Part shown: positions 46,385 to 55,380 of the stretch, piece after piece
How positions within the stretch are numbered: the first letter of the stretch is position 1
Layout: the number at the start of each line of letters is the position of its first letter
Origin: an uncultured virus (IMG/VR IMGVR_UViG_3300024306_000016)
Lineage: Duplodnaviria > Heunggongvirae > Uroviricota > Caudoviricetes
IMG/VR virus record: IMGVR_UViG_3300024306_000016
Direction: 5' to 3' (one strand)
DNA length: 60,545 bases
Translations under genes and position numbers: made by a program
The notes under the pieces: generated by a model
The model's input: the letters and a program-made list of their open reading frames with translations, nothing else
Databases searched by the model: none
What the model was told of the DNA's origin: nothing

Positions 46385-47918
46385 GATAATCATCTTAGGC
46401 GGTGGTAGCGCAGGTTGGCTCACAGCTCTTTTTATAAAACGAAACTGGCCACGTTGCGACGTATCGTTGATAGAAGATCCTAAGCGTCCTCCTATTATTG
46501 CAGGGGAAAGTGGCAGCACTACACATCGAACATTCTTGCGTCATTTGCAAATAGATGACGATGATTTTATTAAAAATGTAAATGCTACTCCCAAGATGGG
46601 CGGTAAGTTCACTGACTGGAACGGTGTAGGTACAGAGTTTATACATGCTATGCAGACTGATTTTGCACCTTGGCTCGACGGTTGGACTGATCACATCGGC
46701 TCAAATCCGCTAGACGCTCTTACTATGCGCAAACTGTCAGACATAATGAAGCAAGAAAGCGCCAAGAACATGTACCTAAAAACACTTTTAGGAAACAATA
46801 CACCGTTATGGAAAGCGTTTTTTGCAGGAGAGTTTATTAGACAGCAGAAAGTTCCTTTCGGCGGTGATCTAACTTCTTTGCCTTGCATACCTATGTGGCA
46901 TTTTGAATCTCGAGATTCGGCTGCATATTTTAAAAAGACAGCATTATCACGTGGTGTTAATCACATAGAAGGAGAGTTTCTTTCAGCTTCACAAGATGAA
47001 AGAGGAAATATCGTTTCGTTAAAACTCGACGGAGATAGAGAAGTAACTGGTGATTGGTTTTTCGATTGTTCTGGATTTGCAAGATTATTATTAGGAAAAG
47101 TTTTAAAAGAACCATTAGTGGATATGACTGATACTTTTCCTCAAAGAGAAGTGATTGGTTGGTGGGACGAACCCTGTTATTGTGTAACCACTAATGCTAC
47201 AGCTATGGAATATGGCTGGTCTTGGAATATAAATCTCAAGCATCGATCTGGCAACGGATACATTTTTGATCCGGATCTTATCAGCAAAGAACAAGCTCAC
47301 CAAGAAGCTGAAAAAAGATTTAATAAAAAAATAGATGTTATAGCAAATCTAAAATATCAACCAGGTGCGATGAGAAATGTATGGAAAAACAATGTATTCG
47401 CTATTGGTCTTAGCAGTGGGTTTGTTGAACCATTAGAAGCCAACGGAATAGCACTTATAGTCGAAACCTTGTATGCAGTACAAGACTATTGGGATCCTTT
47501 AAGGAAGAATACTAACCCCGAAGTAGTACAACGCATGAATGATAAAATATGGTTCTTGACTGAAGATTTTGCCGACTTTATCGCACTTCATTATCATGGT
47601 AATAGAAACGATACCGAGTTCTGGCGTAGATTTAGAGAAGAACCACATAGGACACGAGATAGCCTTAGAGTTAAGCTGGAAGAATGGGAACAGTTTTATA
47701 AAGGTTTGATCGCTGAACCGTGGCCTAGAGCTTACAGTCCTGTAGCTTGGATGATGGTGATCCAAGGAATAGATAAGTTTAGAGTAGCAGACTCTGCTAG
47801 AGTACCTGAAAACTTGCTTTCATCGGGTGAAAAAGTACTAAATATTAATCTGCAAAGATATAAAAACCTCGTAGATCAGTGCTGGTCTATTGAGGAATGG
47901 ATACAACATACCGCATAA
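46365..47918 (+). CDS. flavin-dependent tryptophan-halogenase-like protein (divergent)
   Basis: LGGGSAGW, IIAGESG, ATPKMGGKF, DCSGF, GWSWNIN, FVEPLEAN. Confidence 0.85.
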   Translation: MYNTSSKIIILGGGSAGWLTALFIKRNWPRCDVSLIEDPKRPPIIAGESGSTTHRTFLRHLQIDDDDFIKNVNATPKMGGKFTDWNGVGTEFIHAMQTDFAPWLDGWTDHIGSNPLDALTMRKLSDIMKQESAKNMYLKTLLGNNTPLWKAFFAGEFIRQQKVPFGGDLTSLPCIPMWHFESRDSAAYFKKTALSRGVNHIEGEFLSASQDERGNIVSLKLDGDREVTGDWFFDCSGFARLLLGKVLKEPLVDMTDTFPQREVIGWWDEPCYCVTTNATAMEYGWSWNINLKHRSGNGYIFDPDLISKEQAHQEAEKRFNKKIDVIANLKYQPGAMRNVWKNNVFAIGLSSGFVEPLEANGIALIVETLYAVQDYWDPLRKNTNPEVVQRMNDKIWFLTEDFADFIALHYHGNRNDTEFWRRFREEPHRTRDSLRVKLEEWEQFYKGLIAEPWPRAYSPVAWMMVIQGIDKFRVADSARVPENLLSSGEKVLNINLQRYKNLVDQCWSIEEWIQHTA

Positions 47919-47935
47919 ATATTGTATAGGAGATT

Positions 47936-48145
47936 ATGATGGCAATTTACAAAATGATTTACCGAGATGAAGAAAATCCGGAAACTCATGCTCTACACGT
48001 TTTTGAAGTCTACACAAAGGCAGATACTAGAACTGCCGCTTCGCAAAAGTTTGAGCAAAATGCAGGAACGAGACACGTTGTTGCAGGTCCAATGGGTCCG
48101 CTAGAAGAAAAAGTCGTACCTAAAGATGCTACTTGGGTTGAATAA
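47936..48145 (+). CDS. small hypothetical protein
   Basis: TAAATA and an AGGAG RBS upstream. Confidence 0.65.
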   Translation: MMAIYKMIYRDEENPETHALHVFEVYTKADTRTAASQKFEQNAGTRHVVAGPMGPLEEKVVPKDATWVE

Positions 48146-48770
48146 CCCTATCTAAAAAAGATTTAGCGTCAGAAATACGTCTTAGTTCGTTCTGGATTTC
48201 CTGGTTGGTCCACTCGAACGGTAGCCCTAAACAAGGTCTTGTATCCCATTTCAACCAGGAACTTTCCCCTTCAGCATCCACATATTGCAGAAAAGCCTGA
48301 ATCTGCTTTTCGCCTGTATATGGCTCTCTCCAGTGTTCATGTCTCCTACCGCTGTAGATTACTAGATCTCCTTGATCTAGATGAATCTCGTGTACAGTGC
48401 CTTGCTCGTTCTTGATGTATATAGGCCAAGAAACTTCGCCAGGTTGTATACATACTGATACTGTTACTTCTGAACTAGGTCTATCAAAATGACGCTGTAG
48501 CTCTGTTCCTTTATAGTAAATGCGAGCATAACTATAGGTAGGCCATAGCTTTTTTCCTACTTCTTTTTCCAATAAAGGTGTTAGATGTACACTCAGTGCT
48601 TCAAACATCAAAGGACTATATCTAGCAAATGTACCTTCGCAAAGATCAGCAAGGTTGGCATTAGGATATAGTTGCCTACAGGTAGTTTCCATCATAGAAA
48701 ACTCTAGTGCTAGAAAATCACAGAGCTCTTTAGAAACTGCATTTTTTATGATCTTATAATCTTCCATCAT
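48129..48770 (-). CDS. Fe(II)/2OG oxygenase
   Basis: PTYSYARIY, RHFDRPS.E, GDLVIYSG..HWRE, Q.FLQYV. Confidence 0.82.
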   Translation of the reverse strand: MMEDYKIIKNAVSKELCDFLALEFSMMETTCRQLYPNANLADLCEGTFARYSPLMFEALSVHLTPLLEKEVGKKLWPTYSYARIYYKGTELQRHFDRPSSEVTVSVCIQPGEVSWPIYIKNEQGTVHEIHLDQGDLVIYSGRRHEHWREPYTGEKQIQAFLQYVDAEGESSWLKWDTRPCLGLPFEWTNQEIQNELRRISDAKSFLDRVIQPK

Positions 48771-49336
48771 AGTAAAGGAATCAACCCGTTGTTAGAAAAT
48801 GGTTTTTCTTTATATTTGACCAAGCTAGATTCATATGTAGTCATGATATCAAAACCAATAGTAGTTCTTATTCCGTCAAATGGTTCAGTGGCTTCTACAT
48901 AATGATACCTATTACCGGGACCAAAGTATATCTGTCCTGGTTTATTCAATATTTCGTAATCATCAAACACTGTTTTAGTTGTCTTAGGTTCTATAGCTAT
49001 GTATCCGTGATACTCAAACTCATGATGATGCCTATGTAACAGCTGGTCTTGTGTATGATAGTTAACCCAACTCTGTATCCATAAGTCTCTGGTGTCTCCT
49101 AGCTCTGATCTAACTAAAGTTCTAAGTTCTTTATATACCTGATAAAATGTCCAACTTGGTGCAGTCAATGAAAAAATATTATACTTGTCAAAGCTCCAGG
49201 TAGAATCTTTTCCAGGAAATGCTTCTTCAAATAATCTATGAGCGATTTCTAAATCAAGTTTTAGTTCATAGATATGTTTTTCTATAAACTCTGATTGATA
49301 TAAAATATATTCTTGGCCAGGGTATCGTGTTATCAT
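48767..49336 (-). CDS. Fe(II)/2OG oxygenase-fold protein
   Basis: QSWVN, HHH..HGY, HYV, RTTIGFD. Confidence 0.7.
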   Translation of the reverse strand: MITRYPGQEYILYQSEFIEKHIYELKLDLEIAHRLFEEAFPGKDSTWSFDKYNIFSLTAPSWTFYQVYKELRTLVRSELGDTRDLWIQSWVNYHTQDQLLHRHHHEFEYHGYIAIEPKTTKTVFDDYEILNKPGQIYFGPGNRYHYVEATEPFDGIRTTIGFDIMTTYESSLVKYKEKPFSNNGLIPLL

Positions 49337-49938
49337 ATGAATAGATTTCCTAGATTAATATTGATCAAGCATCTATAAGCGGAATCTTTGCAGAAAGAAG
49401 CAGTATGATAATAACGCCCGTTAAATGCCAGTAGTTGGCCTTTCTTTGGTGTTACTCTAAGTTTTTCTGTGAAGTTATCAGTCTTGATTTTTTCTATGTC
49501 TTTATTACCGGCATCAAAATCATCATTAGTTTCATTGTATATAATGGTGTCGCCATCACTGTCATTGACATAATAGATTGCATTCCAGTGCGGATGGAAG
49601 CTATCAATGTGGGGCAATAATGCTCCTTCACCGTTTGAAAATGTTAGATTAGCTCTCATCCTGAATAGTCTGTTAAATGGTACTGCTGCTTGACTAGTAA
49701 TACTCAGCACTAATGGATATACAAGTTGGAAATAGTTACTTACGGGTACATTTTTTTCATAGAAAAAATGATTCATACCTGCAGGATTTTTTGTAGATCC
49801 TACAAATGGGTCGTCTCCAGATACGATATTCTTATTCAACACCCAAGGAAACTCCCATCCAGTTAAAACTGTTTCTAGATAATCCTGGTAGTCTTTAGGA
49901 ATAATATTTTCGACTATGATAATATCGTCACTTGGCAT
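49333..49938 (-). CDS. Fe(II)/2OG oxygenase
   Basis: PHID, IYYVNDSDGDT, FNGRYYHTA, R..ININ. Confidence 0.82.
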   Translation of the reverse strand: MPSDDIIIVENIIPKDYQDYLETVLTGWEFPWVLNKNIVSGDDPFVGSTKNPAGMNHFFYEKNVPVSNYFQLVYPLVLSITSQAAVPFNRLFRMRANLTFSNGEGALLPHIDSFHPHWNAIYYVNDSDGDTIIYNETNDDFDAGNKDIEKIKTDNFTEKLRVTPKKGQLLAFNGRYYHTASFCKDSAYRCLININLGNLFI

Positions 49939-50545
49939 GTATGTTTCCTGATATTGATATTCTATATTCGTCTGAAGTGCTGAAAGGGTAAACTGTATGT
50001 GGTAAACAGCTAGGAAATAAAAATATTTGTCCTTCGAATGTGCTGTCTACAGGAAACTCTGCTTCTCTTACTTCTCCGAATATGTTTGTATATATGAAAG
50101 AAAACATTCCTGCCCTGGGCATGTTGGTATTTCTAACATGGCTTTCTTGTAGTTCATCTTGGAATCTATAAGGAACCTTGACCCATATAGCGAAACTAAA
50201 CAGGCCATCGTGAGTGTGCATAGGATTAAACTCGTTTTTGCGTTGAAAGTTAACCCAATAGCTCTGTAGCTCTAGATTTTCATTACCAAGATCTTTTCTA
50301 GTATGTCTCAAATCCCAAGCTTCTTTGTATTGCTTACAGAGCGATACCACATATTCTTCTAGAGATTTTTTGTTTTTATCTAGCTTGAACTCGAACTTTA
50401 TATTTCCTGCAAGATGCTGATTAAATTTTTCACTGTTTTCAAAATCAATAGAATCTATTTCACTTTTTAAATCAGCAAATAACTGACTCGGAAGTGTATC
50501 TTTGATAAATCCGTAGTTGGCAAATGACCCAAACATGGCTGTCAT
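49928..50545 (-). CDS. Fe(II)/2OG oxygenase
   Basis: WVNFQ..EFNPMHTHDG, FPS.L.HTVYPF, RISISGN. Confidence 0.82.
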   Translation of the reverse strand: MTAMFGSFANYGFIKDTLPSQLFADLKSEIDSIDFENSEKFNQHLAGNIKFEFKLDKNKKSLEEYVVSLCKQYKEAWDLRHTRKDLGNENLELQSYWVNFQRKNEFNPMHTHDGLFSFAIWVKVPYRFQDELQESHVRNTNMPRAGMFSFIYTNIFGEVREAEFPVDSTFEGQIFLFPSCLPHTVYPFSTSDEYRISISGNIHAK

Positions 50546-51156
50546 GCAGCAAATCCAAAAAAGTTAATTGTTAGTCTAGCACTGTCTTTGTCATTGCCAA
50601 AATAACTGTCTGCGCTATGCCACTCGTCTGGCGGAAATATGACACATCTATTATAGACATTTTCTACAGTCATTGATTTTTTAAAATGACTTCGTTGTTC
50701 TAGCTTGTGTTTATAAAAATCTTTTCGATCTTCCGGAGCAGCCTTTAACTCGTTAAAAAATAATTGATTAAAATCAATCATCATTTCTTTTGTTTTTTTA
50801 TAAAATATTGTTCCACTGTTTTTGGGAGGATCGGGATTTAAAAATATAACTCCAGCTACATTATATTTTGGTTCATCGACATGACACCAACCTAGATTGT
50901 AACTTTCATCAACTAGGGCATAGTTGATTTTAAGATAATGGAAGTACCTTTTTCCTGGACAATGCACGATTATTTTTGATGCCAGCGAATGAAAAAGAGT
51001 TTCATTGATCTGATCGAGAACCGTAGATCTTACGCCAGGCCATGTTGCTTGTTCATCTGTAGTATATTCTTGCTTAAGAGCATGGTATCTCCACAGATCA
51101 GGACATTCAAAAAAATCATCAACTATCTTAAAGGGTTGTCTCACTGTTCTAATCAT
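50542..51156 (-). CDS. Fe(II)/2OG oxygenase-fold protein, paralogue of 51153-51860
   Basis: VDDFF..PD, WPGVRS, GWCHVD, AGVIFLN, NVYNR..F...WHSA, RLT.NFF. Confidence 0.75.
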   Translation of the reverse strand: MIRTVRQPFKIVDDFFECPDLWRYHALKQEYTTDEQATWPGVRSTVLDQINETLFHSLASKIIVHCPGKRYFHYLKINYALVDESYNLGWCHVDEPKYNVAGVIFLNPDPPKNSGTIFYKKTKEMMIDFNQLFFNELKAAPEDRKDFYKHKLEQRSHFKKSMTVENVYNRCVIFPPDEWHSADSYFGNDKDSARLTINFFGFAA

Positions 51157-51860
51157 CTCAATCTCAAAAAATGTATTTGATTTAATCTAGAACTTTCTTT
51201 ATCGGTTCCAAAAAAGTAATCTGCGGCATGCCAGCATCGACTGTCAAACATAACCATCCTGTTATAAATACTTTCTATTTTTATTGTAGGATTAAAATAA
51301 TTTATTTGTTCCTCTCTATACTTAGACATAGCGGCACGTTCTTCTGGTGTAGATAATAATACATCTTTCATAAACATTTCACTGTATTCTTCACCATTAA
51401 AGTCAGGAGCATCTTCAAAGATAGTAGTTCCGCAGTTTTCGCCTGCATCCTTATTAAGATAAACTACACCTGCTACGTGTAGCTTAGGATCATCGTCATG
51501 CACCCAACCCCTGCCGTAGCTTTCGTCGATTAACTGGAATCCTATCTGTATTTCTTCGTAATCTCTTATTCCATATTCACGTAGAGTGAACATTAGTTTT
51601 CTAGAGACAAACTTAAACATATTAGTATCTAGTTCGTGTAACAGTTTTGTACGCAGCCCTGGCCAACTACCTCTATTGCCTTTAAAGAACTCTTGATCAA
51701 GAGCAAACTCTCGAATCAAATCTGGGTCTTCGTAGAAGTTATCTATAACTATAGTAGGAAAGAAAGGATAAAGGAATCTATTTTTTAGGTCACCTTCTCT
51801 TATATCTGCAGCACTTTTTTTCTGCATACGCATTAGATAATCGACATGATCTTTACTCAT
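51153..51860 (-). CDS. Fe(II)/2OG oxygenase-fold protein
   Basis: IDNFYEDPD, WPGLRT, GWVHDD, AGVVYLN, YNRMVMFD..WHAA, RLNQ. Confidence 0.75.
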   Translation of the reverse strand: MSKDHVDYLMRMQKKSAADIREGDLKNRFLYPFFPTIVIDNFYEDPDLIREFALDQEFFKGNRGSWPGLRTKLLHELDTNMFKFVSRKLMFTLREYGIRDYEEIQIGFQLIDESYGRGWVHDDDPKLHVAGVVYLNKDAGENCGTTIFEDAPDFNGEEYSEMFMKDVLLSTPEERAAMSKYREEQINYFNPTIKIESIYNRMVMFDSRCWHAADYFFGTDKESSRLNQIHFLRLR

Positions 51861-52447
51861 TGCGGCAAGCCTTGAAAGTTAATAGTTATAGCTATCCTAG
51901 TAGTAAACATCTTAGGACATGTGCTGGCATGGAAATGTCTGCCGTCAAATAATATTGCCCGTCCTTTCTTTGGACTGCATTTTTCTAGTGAATAATATTT
52001 TTCAGAAGGTCTAGTTTCATGGAAAATAACAGTGTCACCGTCTGTATCATTGACGTAGTAGACTAAGGTAAAATGATCTTGATCATAATCTTGGTGGGGT
52101 TTATTATGACGATACGGCATACTAGGTAAAGAATATGATGTGTTTAATAGAAAACCCACCCGTATCCTTAACAGACCGGTCATCTGTATATTGAATTTTT
52201 CCTGTATAGCAGTTAACAGTGGATTGTAAAAATCAATAGATGGATTTTCATCTCGTTGATTCCAATACGCCAAGTGACCAAAAGACGGCGTGGGTCCGTT
52301 TAACGCAGAGTTATTATGCCCAAACTCATCTGTGGCATCGGCCATAAACGCCCAAGGGAACTTTACATCAGTTAGATGTCTATAAATCTCATCTTGATAT
52401 TGCTTTTCAACAAGATTATCAATCGTTATTGGTTTGAATACTTTCAT
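51857..52447 (-). CDS. Fe(II)/2OG oxygenase, paralogue of 49333-49938
   Basis: PHQD, YYVNDTDGDT, PKKG...FDGRHFHAS, RIAITIN. Confidence 0.82.
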   Translation of the reverse strand: MKVFKPITIDNLVEKQYQDEIYRHLTDVKFPWAFMADATDEFGHNNSALNGPTPSFGHLAYWNQRDENPSIDFYNPLLTAIQEKFNIQMTGLLRIRVGFLLNTSYSLPSMPYRHNKPHQDYDQDHFTLVYYVNDTDGDTVIFHETRPSEKYYSLEKCSPKKGRAILFDGRHFHASTCPKMFTTRIAITINFQGLPQ

Positions 52448-53162
52448 GATTTATCTTATACCAGTTTCTATCACTTGATTCTTTAGGTTCGTCAGTAGGT
52501 AACTTTGTCCAACAAGGAACGCTCATGCTTAATCTAGGACCCATCGGGTACGCTATATGATACATCCTAGAAGGAATGTAGATTGCATCTCCGGGTTCTA
52601 GCACCACATCAAATGCTAGGTCCAACATATCTTCAGTTAACTGATGATTCATAGTACCTGTTCGATACATGGTAGAAATCCTGTTGTTAAACACCTTCCA
52701 ACGAGTTTTACCCCATGCTTGGAATATGAAGTTTGAAGGATAGTCTTCGTGTATCCAAAAACTTTTTGAACCTTCTAAGCCGCCATAGACGTGTATGCAA
52801 GAGTTTACCATGTATATATTTTCTAATGTACGCATGAGTTCTATAGTTTTTTCACTGTAGAATGCGTAGTCCATGATAACAAATCCGTTGCCTTTATTGA
52901 TATTTTCAAACATAAAGGCTTTGTCTTGTACAGGTTTAGAAAATACCCATGCTTTTTTATTCATAGGTATTTCGATTTTAAGATTGTCAGGGCCTATCAT
53001 CTCAAAGTTATACAGCTCTGGTCTATTAAAACAATGTTCCACATCGTTCCATGTGACCATTTCTGAAGCTTCTGGAAGTAGATTTTTAAAATAATGAGGC
53101 TTATCTTCATAAAGAAGATTAGTCTCATTCAATAACCTGAATCCTAATTCTTTCATCGTCAT
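52419..53162 (-). CDS. JmjC/cupin-4 (ROXA/YcfD-like) oxygenase
   Basis: SF.IHED..NFIFQ..GKTRW.V, LEPGDAIYIP..YHIA, RLSMS. Confidence 0.8.
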   Translation of the reverse strand: MTMKELGFRLLNETNLLYEDKPHYFKNLLPEASEMVTWNDVEHCFNRPELYNFEMIGPDNLKIEIPMNKKAWVFSKPVQDKAFMFENINKGNGFVIMDYAFYSEKTIELMRTLENIYMVNSCIHVYGGLEGSKSFWIHEDYPSNFIFQAWGKTRWKVFNNRISTMYRTGTMNHQLTEDMLDLAFDVVLEPGDAIYIPSRMYHIAYPMGPRLSMSVPCWTKLPTDEPKESSDRNWYKINHESIQTNND

Positions 53163-53751
53163 TTCTTATCATCTTTATGTTGAACGAAACAGATATCCTG
53201 TCTTCGTCGGTAGTGTTTGCTCCTACACCGTGTGGCAATGCACCAGGAAATAAAATAAGTCTGCTAGTTACTGGATCAAAACTAATAGCACTAGCACTAA
53301 TATGTTTATATTGTTCGATGGGCGCCTGTGAAGCGATTACATAATCCTGAGAATACTCTTTAAACAGAGTTATTTTTCCTTGTCCTGGATATGCCTTGAG
53401 GTAAAATACTCCTGCTATAAACGTATTATCATGTGTGTGTACCATGTTAGTATGGTGCTTTCCGTTGACATTAAACCAGAAGTTTTCGATTAAAGGAAAA
53501 CATAAGCTCTCTTTATATCCATAATCTCTGACACATTGTCTAGCCTGTTCCATTAATCTATCTTCAAGTGCCTTCATTTGAGGGTAAAGTCCGGGTCTAA
53601 AATCCATACTCTGCCAGCCTCCTTCGTTGCTGAGTCTGCGACCGTATGGATCTTTTTCTTTGAGTTCTGTTAACAGCTCTAGCATTGGTGCAGGATCGAT
53701 GGTGGTGTCCTCCCACCAAACGGGCGTAGGAAAGTAAAGTTCTAGATTCAT
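53125..53751 (-). CDS. Fe(II)/2OG oxygenase (TIGR02466-like)
   Basis: FPTP, SN.GGWQS, WFNVN, HTHD..GVFYL, FPG.LPHGV, RISVSFN. Confidence 0.85.
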   Translation of the reverse strand: MNLELYFPTPVWWEDTTIDPAPMLELLTELKEKDPYGRRLSNEGGWQSMDFRPGLYPQMKALEDRLMEQARQCVRDYGYKESLCFPLIENFWFNVNGKHHTNMVHTHDNTFIAGVFYLKAYPGQGKITLFKEYSQDYVIASQAPIEQYKHISASAISFDPVTSRLILFPGALPHGVGANTTDEDRISVSFNIKMIRNDDERIRIQVIE

Positions 53752-54551
53752 GAAAACAGATCCTTAAGCGTCTTATGTTGTAGTAGTTCGTGACTAAAAG
53801 CAAAAGCATGACTCCATCTAAAATCTACATTTTCTCCCACCCAAGCACTGTGACATATATTAGCTTTGTACAAAGTCATAGTTTTTTCTCTTGTTGGGGC
53901 CATTCCTACTAGTTCAAACCCCCATCTCTTCAGCTCTTCTTCAGGAACGTTCATCCAACTATCGAGACGTTTTGGTTCAAGTGATAGTGCTTCCCATTCT
54001 TTTCTCATAGGATGCTCTAAGTCTAACTGAAAGTCATAGACATCGTTGTAGATCTTACCATGATACTTATACAGTCGTGTACAGCTATCTTCTATTTTGT
54101 GATCAGTGAACCATAAGTTAGAGACCATCCCAAACACATAATCAATGTGAGGTAGTCTCCAGCAGCTTATTGGTCTGGTGCGTTCTCTTAGAAATATATT
54201 GCCCCATTCGTGTATCTGAGGATCTTGCCACTCGTCTGTTCCGTGTATTTTATAAAAATCTCTTATTAAGAAACAAAGATCTAAATACACCCATTCAGGT
54301 AGATGTATGGTATCAAAAGGATTTGGATCAAAGTTTTTTGGATGATTATTATCTTTCTGTATAGGAAACATTCCTATGAGATCTCTAAAAAGATAAAACT
54401 GTTCGTCAGTTTCAAAAGGATGATCTGCCGTCCAATAGCCAATATCATCAGAAAGATGATGGTATTCCACATTCCAGTCATCTATTTTTTTAAGTTTGAT
54501 GATGTCTTTAAATGTGTTGGCATCAGGATAACAGATTTTAAAATCTTTCAT
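53748..54551 (-). CDS. Fe(II)/2OG oxygenase-fold protein (divergent)
   Basis: PHID..G.V.NLW, Y.A...HSA, RWS.AFAF. Confidence 0.6.
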   Translation of the reverse strand: MKDFKICYPDANTFKDIIKLKKIDDWNVEYHHLSDDIGYWTADHPFETDEQFYLFRDLIGMFPIQKDNNHPKNFDPNPFDTIHLPEWVYLDLCFLIRDFYKIHGTDEWQDPQIHEWGNIFLRERTRPISCWRLPHIDYVFGMVSNLWFTDHKIEDSCTRLYKYHGKIYNDVYDFQLDLEHPMRKEWEALSLEPKRLDSWMNVPEEELKRWGFELVGMAPTREKTMTLYKANICHSAWVGENVDFRWSHAFAFSHELLQHKTLKDLFS

Positions 54552-55132
54552 TTTATGTTAAACGTGATTACTACACGCTCCTGATCGGTGTTATTCGGCT
54601 GAACTCTATGTTTAATCCAACCTGGAAAGATTAAAACATTATTTGTAGCTACTTGGACTTCTTTGTAGAATGATACTTCAGGGACAACAGGAAAGTTACT
54701 CTTGTGATATTCAAGAGGATCTAAAAATTCTATATTGCCTGAGCCAGCAGGTGCCATAAAATAACAACTGGCTACCCAAGTGGCGAACGTATGATTGTGT
54801 TCTAGAGTGTATCCGGATCGTAGATGTCGATTGCACCAGCTACGTTGTACTTCAGAATAGCCGTTATAAAACTGATGCTCTTCTCTGATGTTAGCGATTT
54901 TTTCTCCCAACCAGTGTTGGAAGTGTTCTAGTTCAGGCCATGTATGAGGTTGAAGGCGCTGATCCAAACTTACTGTTGATATCGCAGCGCCTTTTTCTAG
55001 ATCAGAATTTATTTCCACCAATGAAAATAAATCATCAATCTTAGGTTTAAGATATGATTGATCGAACTCGTATTCAAACTTGTATATTAGGGGTGGAAAT
55101 AGATGTATCGCCCCATTATTAGATAGTTGCAC
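54548..55132 (-). CDS. Fe(II)/2OG oxygenase (TIGR02466-like)
   Basis: SWCN, EHNH, SGNIEF.DP, IFPGWIKHRV, RVVITFN. Confidence 0.82.
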   Translation of the reverse strand: MQLSNNGAIHLFPPLIYKFEYEFDQSYLKPKIDDLFSLVEINSDLEKGAAISTVSLDQRLQPHTWPELEHFQHWLGEKIANIREEHQFYNGYSEVQRSWCNRHLRSGYTLEHNHTFATWVASCYFMAPAGSGNIEFLDPLEYHKSNFPVVPEVSFYKEVQVATNNVLIFPGWIKHRVQPNNTDQERVVITFNIK

Positions 55133-55370
55133 CTGCTTCTACTCCGTCATAGGTTTCAAGAGCTAGTCGAAGTCCCATGACTACACCTTCCATCTTTAGA
55201 ACATCTGTGCTGAGTTCTTGACGTTTTGCGAAATCGATAGAAGTGATTCCATAGGGATTTAGTTTGACATTGGCAAACTCTTCTTCTAATCTTTTGAGTT
55301 CAGCTTTACCGTCCTCGATTTGTTTTTGAACATTGGTTAGTGTTGCTTGTAATGACGTTTTATAGTCCAT
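55119..55370 (-). CDS. coiled-coil hypothetical protein
   Basis: 83-aa helical ORF with a GAGGA RBS. Confidence 0.65.
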   Translation of the reverse strand: MDYKTSLQATLTNVQKQIEDGKAELKRLEEEFANVKLNPYGITSIDFAKRQELSTDVLKMEGVVMGLRLALETYDGVEAGATI

Positions 55371-55380
55371 GTTTGTATCC

